Below are positions 27,291 to 40,046 of a stretch of DNA of 64,000 bases, in pieces (within the stretch, counting starts at the first letter, position 1; each line of letters starts with the position of its first letter). The notes beneath the pieces were generated by a model. It saw nothing but the letters and a program-made list of their open reading frames with translations. It did no database searches and was not told the origin of the DNA. The DNA comes from Paragordius varius (Eukaryota; Animalia; Nematomorpha). The translations under genes were made by a program, and so were the position numbers. Where the stretch lies: the NCBI GenBank assembly GCA_964247055.1, contig OZ176059.1, positions 62,001-126,000 on the forward strand. The letters run 5' to 3'.

Positions 27291-28395
27291 TTATGTAAAA
27301 ATATTAATTATAAATGATGAAATACCAACAAATTTAGTTTCCCAAGTTCTATAAGTATAACCATTCACGAAAAGGACTAAAGACTCATCAGGGACTGCTG
27401 TTATATTAACCCGGATTGACCCGTTAGATACTTCAGAAATTCGATTGAAACTATAAAGAATTAATTGACACGTTTTTGCTAAATTTGGGTCATTAAACAA
27501 ATCAGAACAATCTTCCTCAAATATAAATCGCCCATTGTAGGTCCTGTATTCCGTCAAAGGGTAGGAGACTATAATATAGTTTTCAAGCTTTTTTCCATCT
27601 ATGGTAATGATCAAATTTCCAGCATAATCACATTTACCAGGTATATTAAAAATTAATTTCGTTTTGTTTGACACTTGGAAGGGCACTCGTTTTCCATATT
27701 TGGTAGTTATTTGAATGGTAGGGGGTGTTTTGGAATTTTTAAGAGGTTGCCAAAATTTAGCTATATCAAATTCACACTTTTTTATCTGATTCGGAGATAC
27801 CTCTATGGTATCTGTATGTTCTATATATCGAAAAATTACAATTTAATATAGGAGAAAAAATATCAATTGATAAGGTTAAATTGAGAAAATAATCTTTACA
27901 GAGCGTGTAACAATACATGTACTGTTTAGTTATTCAATGATATTTAACCAAAAGAATAAAGTGTATATATATGCAATTCCAAATCAAAATTTAAGGATTT
28001 AAAATATTTGTTAAAACATACAAGTAGCCTCTGGTTATCATACAAAAAACAGCAATTGCACAATGTTAGAGTATCTTATTAATAAGGAATATACCTTCAA
28101 TAAAAATTTGTCCACGGCTAACTGTCACGCCATTTTTCAGTACTGAATAAGGGCCGTCCACTAGATTTAATTTAGGTGCTATCTCTTGATTAAGAAATTG
28201 ACTATAATTGACATTACGGTAAGAAAATGTTCTGTACGCAAAATTGACAGTTATGTTAGCTCTCCCTTTGTAGACATCAAGAAGTTCATAATAATATTCG
28301 TCACCAAATCTAACCCATATATCTTTTGGCTTTGGTTGAGATTGAGCTAATACACCGTAGAACCCAAATAGGAATAAAATTGATAGTGGTATCAT
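27291..28395 (-). CDS. Orphan secreted beta-rich protein, copy 1 (exons 28395-28095, 27820-27291; 276 aa if not spliced further)
   Basis: Signal peptide MIPLSILFLFGFYGVLA. A phase-1 GT-AG intron joins the two ORFs. Several N-X-S/T sequons are present. The segment VPFQVSNKTKLIFNIPGKCDYAGNLIITIDGKK resembles an IPT/TIG Ig-like fold (inference). Confidence 0.8.
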
Positions 28396-31300
28396 TTCAA
28401 AAAAATTAATAGCCTTGATATAATTTTTGGAAGTCTTATATAGAGAATAAAAATGCCTACAGTATTGAAGGAGATTAAGTAAATATTTTTAAATTTGGAA
28501 ATAAAGAACGATATAACTGACTAAATAAATATTTTTAAATTTTTTGGCCCAAAGCCTAATTTTTATGGCAAAATCATTACATAACTCGTGCGTAATACGT
28601 TATTTTTGTAGAAAATGTCAATATTTGCATTAATTCAAAACAACTTGCTCGACAGTTACAACAGTAAAATAAATTATACAAATACTATCTGGCTAAACTT
28701 ACACTTCTGATTTAAGACCGATTGCCGAATTATAATGTATAACAAAATTTAAATAAAACATTTTTTTATATTTAATAAAAATTAACCGTATAATTATAAA
28801 TGATATAAAAAAAGCATAAAAACGGAATAATTTGTTTTCTGTTTGATGTATTTAGAATTTTACCAACTTAGATAAAATTGATATAATATAAATGTTTTAT
28901 ACCTGATCGGGATACTTTTAAATGATTTTTGTTATGGCCTATTTTAGCGGTAAAAAGTCGGACTGAATTTAATTAATTGTTTTGTAAATATAATCTAGAT
29001 CTGTTTATTATGAAAAGAATTTAATTGGCTTTTATATAAAAAAATAATTAAAAATAATATCTGTGTGATTTATTAAAGTGTATATAACTTTTTAAATAAC
29101 TCGTGAGGGCCAAATAGCAATGTAAAATTATGATATTTTTCTATCAGAATATTTAAATATTTCATCAATACCGTCAATATCAAATGGTTTTATATTGTAA
29201 CTTTTGAATCGAGATAATTATGAGACCCGTCAAATATTTTTACTATCTTCTGGGATAATATGCAATTATTTCCCTTGTATTATCATTTAGAAAAATAAAA
29301 GAAAAAAATAGTGGCGAAAAGTTTTAGATAAATATTTTTTTTATTTTTGAAAAAAAAATGTATTATGTGCCTACAAGGGTAAAGAAAGCATATTTTTATT
29401 TTGGCCTTCACTATTATATCACAATGTAGATAACTACCCCAAAAAAGTCAAGTTTTAAAAATATCAAAATGATCAATAATAGCTCTCCTAACTGTATCTT
29501 AAATCGCAGATATTACAAAAAAATATTAAATATTTTAATTGATTGTTTTTATTAAAATTCGGAAAATTGAGAACCAAAACTTTCTTTTAAATATATAATC
29601 TTTCAAATATATTTTAATTTTATTTTAAGGTTGGACTACTTGTATTCCAGAATTTATTTTAATAGCTGAATTATAATCCTGAAATTGATAAACTATGTCC
29701 AGCCTAATTTTTTAATTTATACGAAAAACAAATCCTTAAATTATTACAACCAAACCCTAATTTTATATATTTTGGCACAATCATTACATAAAACTCGTGC
29801 GTGATACGTCAGTATTGTAGAAAATGTCAATATTTACATTCTTTCAAAACAACTTGCTCGACTGTTATTACGCAAAAAAATTACAAACTATTCGATCTGG
29901 CTAAACTTACCATTCTGGTTTAAGCCCGATTGCCAAATAGTATATAATAAAATATAAATAATTCTTAACATTATATTTCATAAAAAACAAAATAACCGTA
30001 TAATTATAAATCATTAAAAAAAGCATTATGATTAAATTACGTTTTCCGTTTGCTGCATTTAGAAATTTTACCAACTTAGATAAAATTGATATAATATGAA
30101 GGTTTAATACCTTTTTTGTTAATATTTACACATAGAAACATTTGAAATATAAATAATATTAACTATGAATGCGATAAAAATATTAAAATTTATTGAATTT
30201 TGAGTTAATATAGGTTAACTCTCTTTCACTAGCTTTTTGTATTAAATTTAAAAAATTTTCAATAATTTGCTTGATATCCAACTCACCAAGTCCATAACTA
30301 ATTTTTATAATCCTTTTAGCAAAAGTCTATCCATACAAATCTCTATCTCATTCATTAATAACATCACCCGTTACAAAAACATGAGTTATAAATACACTAA
30401 TACACAGAGCCTAAAATCCCAAATAACTTCCCTTATAAACGCCTTCAAGCAAAGTGGTTATTGCCTCAGCTCTTTATATACGCGATCAAATCTATTATAA
30501 TTAGGAGAAACCGCACATTTCATCGAAACGGCACTAGGGCACGGATACTTTTATACAGCTCTGATTAATAAAAATTATACCACACAATTTGAAAATTGAC
30601 AGGATTGGTACATCATGATTATAAGTTTATTTGATATCAAATTTATTGATAACTATGTTCCTCGCGGTAAAGATATTTTTTCATCAATTCCAACAATTTT
30701 AGTTTTCCATGTTCTATATACATAATTATTCAGGAAAAGGACTAGAGTCTCATCAGGAACCGCTGTTATATTAGCCCGGATTGACCCGTTAGATACTTCA
30801 GAAATTCGATTGAAACTATAAAGATTTAATCGACACGTTTTTGCTAAATTTGGGTCATTGAACAAATCAGAACAATCTTCTTCAAATATAAATCGCCCAT
30901 TGTAGCTCCTGTATTCCGTCAAAGGGTAGGAGACTATAATAAAGTTTTCAAGTTTTTTTCCATCTATGGTTATGATCAAATGTCCAGCATAATCACATTT
31001 ACCAGGTATATTAAAAATTAATTTCGTTTTGTTTGACACTTGGAAGGGCACTCGTGTTCCATATTTGGTAGTTATTTGAATGGCAGGGGGTGTGTTGGAA
31101 TTTTTAAGAGGTTGCCAAAATTCAGCTATATCAAATTCACACTTTTTTATTTGATTCGGAGATACCTCTATGATATCTGTATGTTCTATATATCGAAAAA
31201 TTACAATTTAATATAGGAGAAGATATTCATTGATAAGGTTAAATTGAGAAAATAATCCTTACAGAGCGTGTAACAATATCACATGTACTGTTTAGTTATT

Positions 31301-34300
31301 CAATGATATTTAACCAAATGGATAAAGTATATATATGCAATTCCAAATCAAAATTTAAGGATTTAAAATATTTGTTAAAACATACAAGTAGCCTCTGGTT
31401 ATCATACAAAAAAACAGCGATTGCACAATGTTAGAGTATCTTATTAATAAGGAATATACCTTCAATAAAAATTTGTCCACGGCTAACTGTCACGCCATTT
31501 TTCAGTACTGAATAAGGGCCGTCCACTAGATTTAATTTAGGTGCTATCTCTTGATCAAGAAATTGACTATAATTGACATTACGGTAGGAAAATGTTCTGT
31601 ACGCAAAATTGACAGTTATGTTAGCTCTCCCTTTGTATACATCAAGAAGTTCATAATAATATTCGTCACCAAATCTAACCCATATATCTTTTGGCTTTGG
31701 TTGAGTTTGAGCTAATACACCGCAGAACCCAAATAGGAATAAAATTGATAGTGGTATCATTTCAAAAAAATTAATAGCTTTGATATAATTTTTGGGTGTC
31801 TTATATAGATAATAAAAATGCCTATAGTATTAAAAGAGATTAAGTAAATATTATTTAAATTTGTCAATGTATAACGATATTACTGGGTACTAAATAAATA
31901 TTATTAATTTTTTTGGCCCAAAGCCTAATTTTTATGGCAAAATCATTGCATAACTCGTGCGTGATACGTTATTTTTGTAGAAAATGTCAATATTTGCATT
32001 TATTCAAAACAACTTGCTCGACAGTTACTACAGTAAAATAAATTATACTAATACTATCTGGCTAAACTTACACTTCTGTAAGACCGATTGCCAAATTATA
32101 ATATATAACAAAATTTGAATAAAACATTTTTTTATATTTAATAAAAGAGAAATTAACCGTATAATTATAATAAATGATATAAAAAGCATGAAACGGAATA
32201 AATTGTTTTCTGTTTGATATTATTAAAATTTTACCAACTTAGATAAAATTGATATAATATAAATGTTTTATACCTGATCGGGATACTTTTAGATAATTTT
32301 TGTTATGGCCTATTTTAGCGGTAAAGTGTGGGACTCAATTTAATTAATTGTTTTGTAAATAGACTAATTTAAGATCTGTTTATTATGAAATGAGTTTAAT
32401 TGGCTTTTATATAAAAAAAATAAATTAAAATAATATCTTGTGATCCATTAAAGTGGATATAACTTCTAAATAACTCGTGAAAGCCAAACTCAAAAGCACT
32501 GTAAAAATTATGATATTTTTCAGTCAGAATATTTAAATATTTCATCCAACTTTACCGTCAATATCAAATGGATTTATATTGTAGCTTTTGATACTTATGA
32601 TTCCCGTTAAATATTAGTATCTTCTGGGATAATATGCATTTATTTCCCTTGTATTAGCATTCAAAAAAAATAGTGGCGAAAAGTTTTAGATAAATATTTT
32701 TTTTATTTTTGAAAAAAAAATGTATTATGTGCCTACAAGGGTAAAGAAAGCATATTATTAAATTTGGCCTTCATGAAATCACAATGGGATAGATAACTAC
32801 GCCAAAAAAGTCAAGTTTAAAAAATATCAAAATGATCAATAATAGCTCTCCTAATTGTATCTTAAATCGCAGGTATTACAAAAAAATATTAAATACTTTA
32901 ATTGATTGTTTTTATTAAAATTCGGAAAATTGAGAACCAAAACTTTCTTATAAATATATAATCTTTCAAAAAGTTTATATTTTAATTTTATTTTAAGGTT
33001 GGACTACTTGTATTCCAGAATTTATTTTAATAGCTGAATTATAATCCCGAAATTGATAAACTATGTCCAGCCTAATTTTTTAATTTATACGAAAAACAAA
33101 TCCTTAAATTATTACAACCAAACCCTAATTTTATATATTTTGGCACAATCATTACATAAAACTCGTGCGTGATACGTCAGTATTGTAGAAAATATCAATA
33201 TTTACATTCTTTCAAAACAACTTGCTCAACAGTTATTACGCTAAAAAATTACAAACTATTAAATCTAGCTAAACTTACCATTCTGGTTTAAGCCCGATTG
33301 CCAAATAGTACATAACAAAATATAAATAATTCTTAATTTTTTATATTTCATAAAAAACAAAATAACCGTATAATTATAAATCATTAAAAAAGCATTATGA
33401 TTAAATTACGTTTTCCGTTTGCTGCATTTAGAAATTTTACCAACTTAGATAAAATTGATATAATATAAAGGTTTAATACCTTTTTTGTTAATATTTACAC
33501 ATAGAAACATTTGAAATATAAATAATATTAACTATGAATGCGATAAAAATATTAAAATTTATTGAATTTTGAGTTAATATAGGTTAACTCTCTTTCACTA
33601 GCTTTTTGTATTAAATTTAAAAAATTTTCAATAATTTGCTTGATATCCAACTCACCAAGTCTATAACTAATTTTTATAATCCTTTTATAATTGGCTTTTA
33701 TATAAAAAAAATAAATTAAAATAATATCTGTGTGATCCATTAAAGTGGATTTAACTTCTTAATAACTCGTGACTGTAAAAATTATAATATTTTTATATCA
33801 GAATATTTAAATATTTCATTGATACTTATGATTCCCGTTAAATATTTTTAGGATCTTCTGATATGCATTTATTTCCCTTGTATTAGCATTTAGAAAAATA
33901 AAAGAAAAAAATAGTGGCGAAAAGTTTTAGATTAATATTTTTACAATTTTATTTTTGAAAAAAAAAATTTATGTGCCTACAAGGCTAAAAAAGCATATCT
34001 TTAAATTTCTTCACCTTAATTTTAAATCATTATGACATTAACTGCGCCAAAAAAGTCTTTTAAAATATCAAAATGATCAATACTAGCTCTCTTAACTGTA
34101 TCTTAAATAACAGGTAACAAATATTAAATATTTTAATTTATTAAGATTTTTATTAGATTCAGGGATGAGAACCAGAACTTCCTATATCAAAAATTTTATA
34201 TTTTAATTAATTTTTGGGTTGGACTCTTGTAGTATTCCAAAATCATTCAATATGATTTATAATCCCAAAATGATAATTGTTCAGCCTAATTTTTTATTTT

Positions 34301-35130
34301 CTACGAAAAAAAATCCTTAAATTTTTACAACCGAACCCTAATTTTATATATTTTGGCAAAATCATTCCATTAAACTTGTGCGTGATACGTTATATTTATA
34401 GAAAATGTCAATATTTGCATTTATTCAAAACAACTTGCTCGACAGTTATTACGCTAAAAAAATTACAAACTATTCGATCTGGTAGAAATTATACCAAGTT
34501 TAATAAAATTGATATCATATAAGAGTTTTATACCTTATATTTACGAAACATAGAAACATTTTAAATATAAATAATCATATTAACTATGAATGCGATAAAA
34601 ATATTAAAATTAATTGTATTTTGAGTTAATATAGGTTAACTCTTATTCACTAACTTTTGTTTAAAATTAATAAATTGTCAATTTTTTTCCTTGATATCCA
34701 ACTCACCAAGTCCAAAGCAAGTTTTTTATAATCATTTTATCAAAAGTCTATCCAGACAAATCTCTACTCATATATTTATAACACCATCACCCGTCACAAA
34801 AACATGGGTTATGATTACACTAATACACAGTGAAAATCCCAAATAACTTCCCCTATAAACGCCTTCAAGCAAAGTGATCATTGCTTCAGCTCTTTATATA
34901 CGCGATCAAATCTATTAAAATTACCAGAAACCCCATATCCTAAGTTAAGCATTCATCAAAACGGCACTAGGGCACATAGACTTTTAAATAACTATGAATA
35001 ATAATCATCATTATATTACACAATTTGTTATTGACATAATTGGTACACCATGATTGTAAGTTTATTTAATAAAAATCTAAATTATGTTCTTCAAGTTGAC
35101 GATATACATCAATATTTTCTGTGATGACTT
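27310..35130. repeat. Tandem segmental duplication: ~27310-30320 repeats at ~30680-33690, with a more diverged partial third unit at ~33690-35130
   Basis: Direct sequence collinearity at offset ~3365. Bases 33690-35085 realign to ~29020-30650. Bases 35085-35130 resemble the 3' end of copy 2. Confidence 0.9.
30653..31760 (-). CDS. Orphan secreted beta-rich protein, copy 2 (exons 31760-31460, 31185-30653; 277 aa)
   Basis: Same exon structure offset by 3365 bp, with an intact frame. About 20 amino-acid differences from copy 1 before the tail, and a distinct C-terminus GIDEKISLPRGT. Confidence 0.85.
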
Positions 35131-35299
35131 GACTTAAAAAAAAATATATATTCATTGAAATAACTTAAAGAATAATGTAAAATAAGGTGTCAAATGGCCA
35201 ATAAAACAATCCGAAAATTTATTACTTGATAATTAAAAAAATGTTACCACAACTCAAAACTTGTTTATGAGTGTATCACGTCTTTTACTGAATCAACTA

Positions 35300-38200
35300 T
35301 ATTGCATCATATATCGAACTATTTAATTTTATTATTTGCTCCGCTTCTGTATTTATATGCCTACCCCATATCTCCTCAAGTTTGGCTCTTGGATTATTTC
35401 TGGCATTTGGCGGAGGTAAGAATGATTTGGACGCCTTCAGGAAACTCGCTGCACCTCGATGATCGCCAAATATTTGGTCAGCACTCCACTCTCTTTTTCA
35501 GCAAAGCAAATTATATGTCTGGAGGAGTTTGGTTCTTGGAGGTTTCTTATTAGGTACCGCATTCTCATAGATTGGCCGAGCTCCAAATAAAAAATACTAA
35601 ACACTATACGCCTTATAGTGCCCACGGCCTAAATGATGTCTCGGAGTATGCTGAATTTTTGAACGATTTAGAATCCATTCTACATTTGGTTCCGGCACGA
35701 AATCGTCTTCTGATATTTGGTCATATGAAGTGCAGAGTGAGAAGAAACATATCTTCGTGGTCTATTGGAAGACACACTCTAACTGCTTCCACCAAGGCTG
35801 GTAAACTTCTTGCATTCTTTTGAAATGACCGAGGTCTTCTGTTGGCAACACTTTTTTTCCGGATTGCCAACATGGTCTGTACACAAAAATAAGAAGTGGG
35901 TGCCCTTCCCAAATTTATTTCGTCATTCTACGGGAGAAAGACCTGTCGATGGTTAACAATGTTGGATGCTTGATCAACAACGACCTAATTAGCCATCATC
36001 TCTTGATCTGAGCTGAATTACAGGTGACATAGATTCCTCTGCGCCCCTTAATAGGTCTAAAATCTAAATGAACTACAGTGCTTGGTGAACTCACTTCCAA
36101 CAGGCAAAGGCATGCTGTCTACGAGGATTGGTGATCTGCGGGGACTAAACGATTTACTTATGCGATACGAAGTAAGTGTTACACGAGTCGCCGCAGAGCA
36201 TGGATCAATGCTAATGTGAATCGTTTGAAACGCAACAGGAAAGCGTTTGCTTTACGATATTTTTCTAGGCTGGCAGCTAATGAGAAGCACTGAAGAAAAC
36301 ATTTTTCAATGATTCGCTCCCTGCTTCGACGGTCCAGGCCCTGCACTAGTCTGCATTCTCATGGCAGGCTCAAAAGAAGGTGGTCTGTCTGCACCGCCAT
36401 TACAATGATTTGTTGGGGGATAATAAAGCGGCCCAGGATGACGTTATCAATAACCATCCATTCTCAGTGCAGTTTGATGTAGGGACCTTTATTAAATTCT
36501 TCCGAAACTATAAATGTACAGGACCAGACTACAGCGCAGCTGATGTTTGGAAAAAAAGAAATTGATTGGTGCACCGACAACGTCCTGCCTGTATATTGAT
36601 GGAGGAAAGGGTGGAATGTGAGTTAATTAATATTGCAAAGCAGGAGAACCCAGCCATTCCTAAAGATTATACCTCGTGAACACAGTGTATAAAGTAATGG
36701 CCAACATTGCCCTGTCTAGACTTCAGTCCTTTGATGATGAGCTGCATGCAATTTGTGGTTTTAGGCGGGGTAGAGGAACAATGGACCTATTCTGTTCTTT
36801 GGTAATTTCCATCGAGAAAAGCAAACGCCATAAACACCCTCTCTACCTGGGCTCCTGGATATAACTAAGGGTTTTGATTAACTGGATAGGAAGCACATCA
36901 TGCGTTTGCTGAAGAGGGTTGACATGGTGGCAAATTTTAAGTTTATGATCCACTTTATAGTAGACGTAGTCAGGTGGCAGTTGAAACGACCTGTTCGGGC
37001 AGTGACGTACCGATGGGGGGGACAAGGGAGTGCATCATGCCACGGGCGCCGTTATATAGAGGCGCCTAAATGATTTTTGTTAATTAAATATATGCAAAAA
37101 TAATAACATCAGCTATTTACGTAACAATCCCTAAAATAATATAAAATTATATAAATGAGATCAAGAAAAAACATTATGCAAAAAACAACTTTTTATTGCT
37201 CAAAAAACGTTTCGCTTATTCATATTATTAATAATTTTATTTTTTTATTATATTCAATATATAAACTCAATATATTATTTAAATCCCCAAGATCTCACCT
37301 TTAACAAGGTAGGTTTTTATAATTAATATACACTATTTTTTATTTTCATTTTTATCAAATATCAATGCCTAAACTCAGCGTTTAGCAAATAAACAAAAAA
37401 TCCAGGACAGAATAAAAAACAAATAAAATGCGAATGAGTATGAAATCTTATTTAACGAAAATATCTGGCCCTGACATTGAAAAAGTGTATGCGACACAAA
37501 TATAACGGTACCTCTAAATATAACTACTTAAATACACCAGAAATCCTAGTTATTGTTCCAATAAATAGAGATGAGAAAATTACAAATATACCATTGGTAA
37601 TTTCAAGCGCTATACCTATAGAGTTTGATGATTTCGCCTTTTTAAAATTTATTAATAAAATGTTCCCCTAATATCTAATCAACTCCCAGAAAGATTTATT
37701 CGTGGATATTAAGGATTATAAATGCAACCTCTTTGAAACACAAAAAATTATCGTTCGATGCCCCAATCTTGGTTTTTTTTTGACGTGTCGGTAAAAAAGA
37801 AGGATTTAAAATTGAGACTTGGCTTTTATTAAAGAATAAATCTGTGTATTCTTTTTGTCGCCTACTTTTTAATTGATCTAATTCTTTATCTTCTCTTATA
37901 ACTACGCATGATTTTAATAAATGGAGGATAAACGATAGATTAATCCATCATATAGCCTCAATCATGGGAAAGCATTTGAAAGAGGCCGAAAGACGACTGA
38001 TAAATTAAACAAGAATTGATTCTGCTCTAGAAGCTCACGTACAATCGGAAGGATCGATGGCAAAATATTTTATATCGAAAATTGGCCTGCATGAAATTTC
38101 TAATCACCCAAAATCTCCATTCTCAAGCACATGTTAAAAGTTTAATGTATCTAAATGACTCAGCACCGAATCATAGAAACCTCTTATCTTTACTAAAACT

Positions 38201-39060
38201 TGTAGCTCAGTTTGACCCAATAATAGGAGAACGCATGAGAAACATAGAATGTCCCACCACTTTATCCTATGTTTCTCCCAAAATCCAAAACAAGTTTATA
38301 CATCTTTTAGCTTCAACAGTTAAAGCTAAATTGATCGATGACATAAAAAAATAAATATTATGGACTTATATTTCATTTAACGCTTGGTATAGCCCACCGA
38401 GAACAAATTTATCAAGTTTCAGGTATGCATTGATTATGATCATAAAAGAATCCTTTTAAAGATGCATTGTCAATTGAAAAGGTCATTATAGAAAATCTAA
38501 ATTTGGATAATGTTCAGTTATCAAATTGTACATCTTAATGCTATGATAATGCAACTGTGATGTCTGGAAAAAAAATAAAAGAGCAATATATGTCAACTGT
38601 GACGATTATCCCTTGAATTTAGTAAGGAGTTACGGTAGCAAAACAAGATGTTATTGTTGTGACCTGTTTCGGAATAATTGAAAATATTCTTTTATCAAGT
38701 TCAACTATTAGATGTGACATAGTTGCAACGTTTGTATTTTTTTTTAAATTGTTTTATTGGTTTTCAAAAAGAGGAGGGGGAGGATGGCGCCATTAGAGTT
38801 TTATTCCCCAGGCGTCGCAAATGCTCGGTACGCCACTGCGTTCGGACTATTATTGAGGTCTGAAGCAAGGATGCCCTCTGTCGCCAAAACTCTTCAACTT
38901 GGCAATGGACTCAATAGTAAGAAAGTTGCACGCGGGCTTTTCCAACGTCTTTTTCCAGGTACTTTCCTACGCAGATGACCTTGGCATCTTGACGGATTCG
39001 GAGCAAAATCTGGGATAGACTCTCGATCAACTGGAATCTGAACCGACGCCTTTTGGCTTT
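35300..39060 (+). mobile_element. Degenerate RTE-like LINE (APE endonuclease + RT) interrupted by a hAT element
   Basis: Endonuclease motifs LAEVR, GGVWFL and AEFLNDLESIL...LLIFG. RT motifs NTVYKVMA...CGFRRGRGTMD, then after the insert GLKQGCPLSPKLFN and YADD at ~38970. Confidence 0.85.
37000..38838 (+). mobile_element. Internally deleted hAT transposon (TTF zinc finger / DUF4371-type transposase remnant)
   Basis: 14-bp TIRs cagtgacgtaccga / revcomp cagtggcgtaccga. 8-bp flanks tgttcggg and cgttcgga (6 of 8 match). The ORF at 38082-38354 reads NLLSLLKLVAQFDPII...SYVSPKIQNKFIHLLA. Confidence 0.9.
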
Positions 39061-40046
39061 AATATAGCGAAATATGGATGTGAAAAGCCTTATTAGAAAA
39101 CTAATTTCATCTAAATCAAGACCAAAAAGTTATTTCTCAGTTTTTGTCTAGAAGAATATAAATTAGAATGCTTCAAATTTTCTTAAATTCGTAAAACTAT
39201 AGAGTGAAAAAATTTTAACCAAGTTAGGAGTATGTTATTAAATGATTTTATATGAGTTTTTGTCCCGAATAGAAACAAACATCTAAATAAGATTTTATAA
39301 TTTTTCCTTAAATTGTCATTTTTATATTGTTAATATATTTGCAAATTAAATTTTTTTAGGGTCTTTATCATGTCATTGACCAAAATACTGTTACATATCC
39401 ATATTAATATAATCAATCTTTCTTTTTATAAAAGGTATGGCACAATATTTACTATGATCATTATACGTATTTAATGATAATTCTTACTACAAAAATAAGC
39501 ACATTGTAAGTGTAAGATATTATTTTCTTGCCTAAGGAGGACATATTTAGCGGATGTCCTGTTATATCAATTAGAGAGTATGTTAAAAAAATTTCACGCG
39601 GAAAACTCAAAATAAATTATAAAATTTTCCAAATATAATTTAATGGCTATTACCTCCTATTTTGTTATAGGTTAGAATTTAAGGAGGTGATATTTAAAAA
39701 AATATCAAACTCTTTAACCGACATACTTCACTTAGATTGTATTTTACTTTTTATGAAATAACTTAATATAAAGTGATGACTTACTGTAGTATACATGTCA
39801 TTATATTTACTACTTAATTTTATTATTTATTAAGAAAAAATTCATATTTTTGTTTATTAAATTGTTTTATTGAGAACATATTTAAATTATTGTTAAAAAA
39901 CTTGTTTGGTTGTTAACAGGACATTAATAGGTTAAATGATCTCTAGTATTATGTTAAAAAAGTATATAAGACATGAATCTATGAAAGTAATATTTTATTT
40001 ATATTTAACTACTTCACAATATAAGTTGTATCATATTATTCAACAA

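Noticed and set aside
27291-31760. Positive selection between the tandem copies
   Set aside because: A rough count (~20 amino-acid versus ~11 synonymous differences) does not imply dN/dS above 1 once site numbers are considered. It needs a proper calculation.
39936-40046. Upstream ATG extending the SOUL ORF by 37 aa
   Set aside because: The sequence is AT-rich and low-complexity and would bury the signal peptide. ATG 40047 or 40053 is preferred, though not proven.
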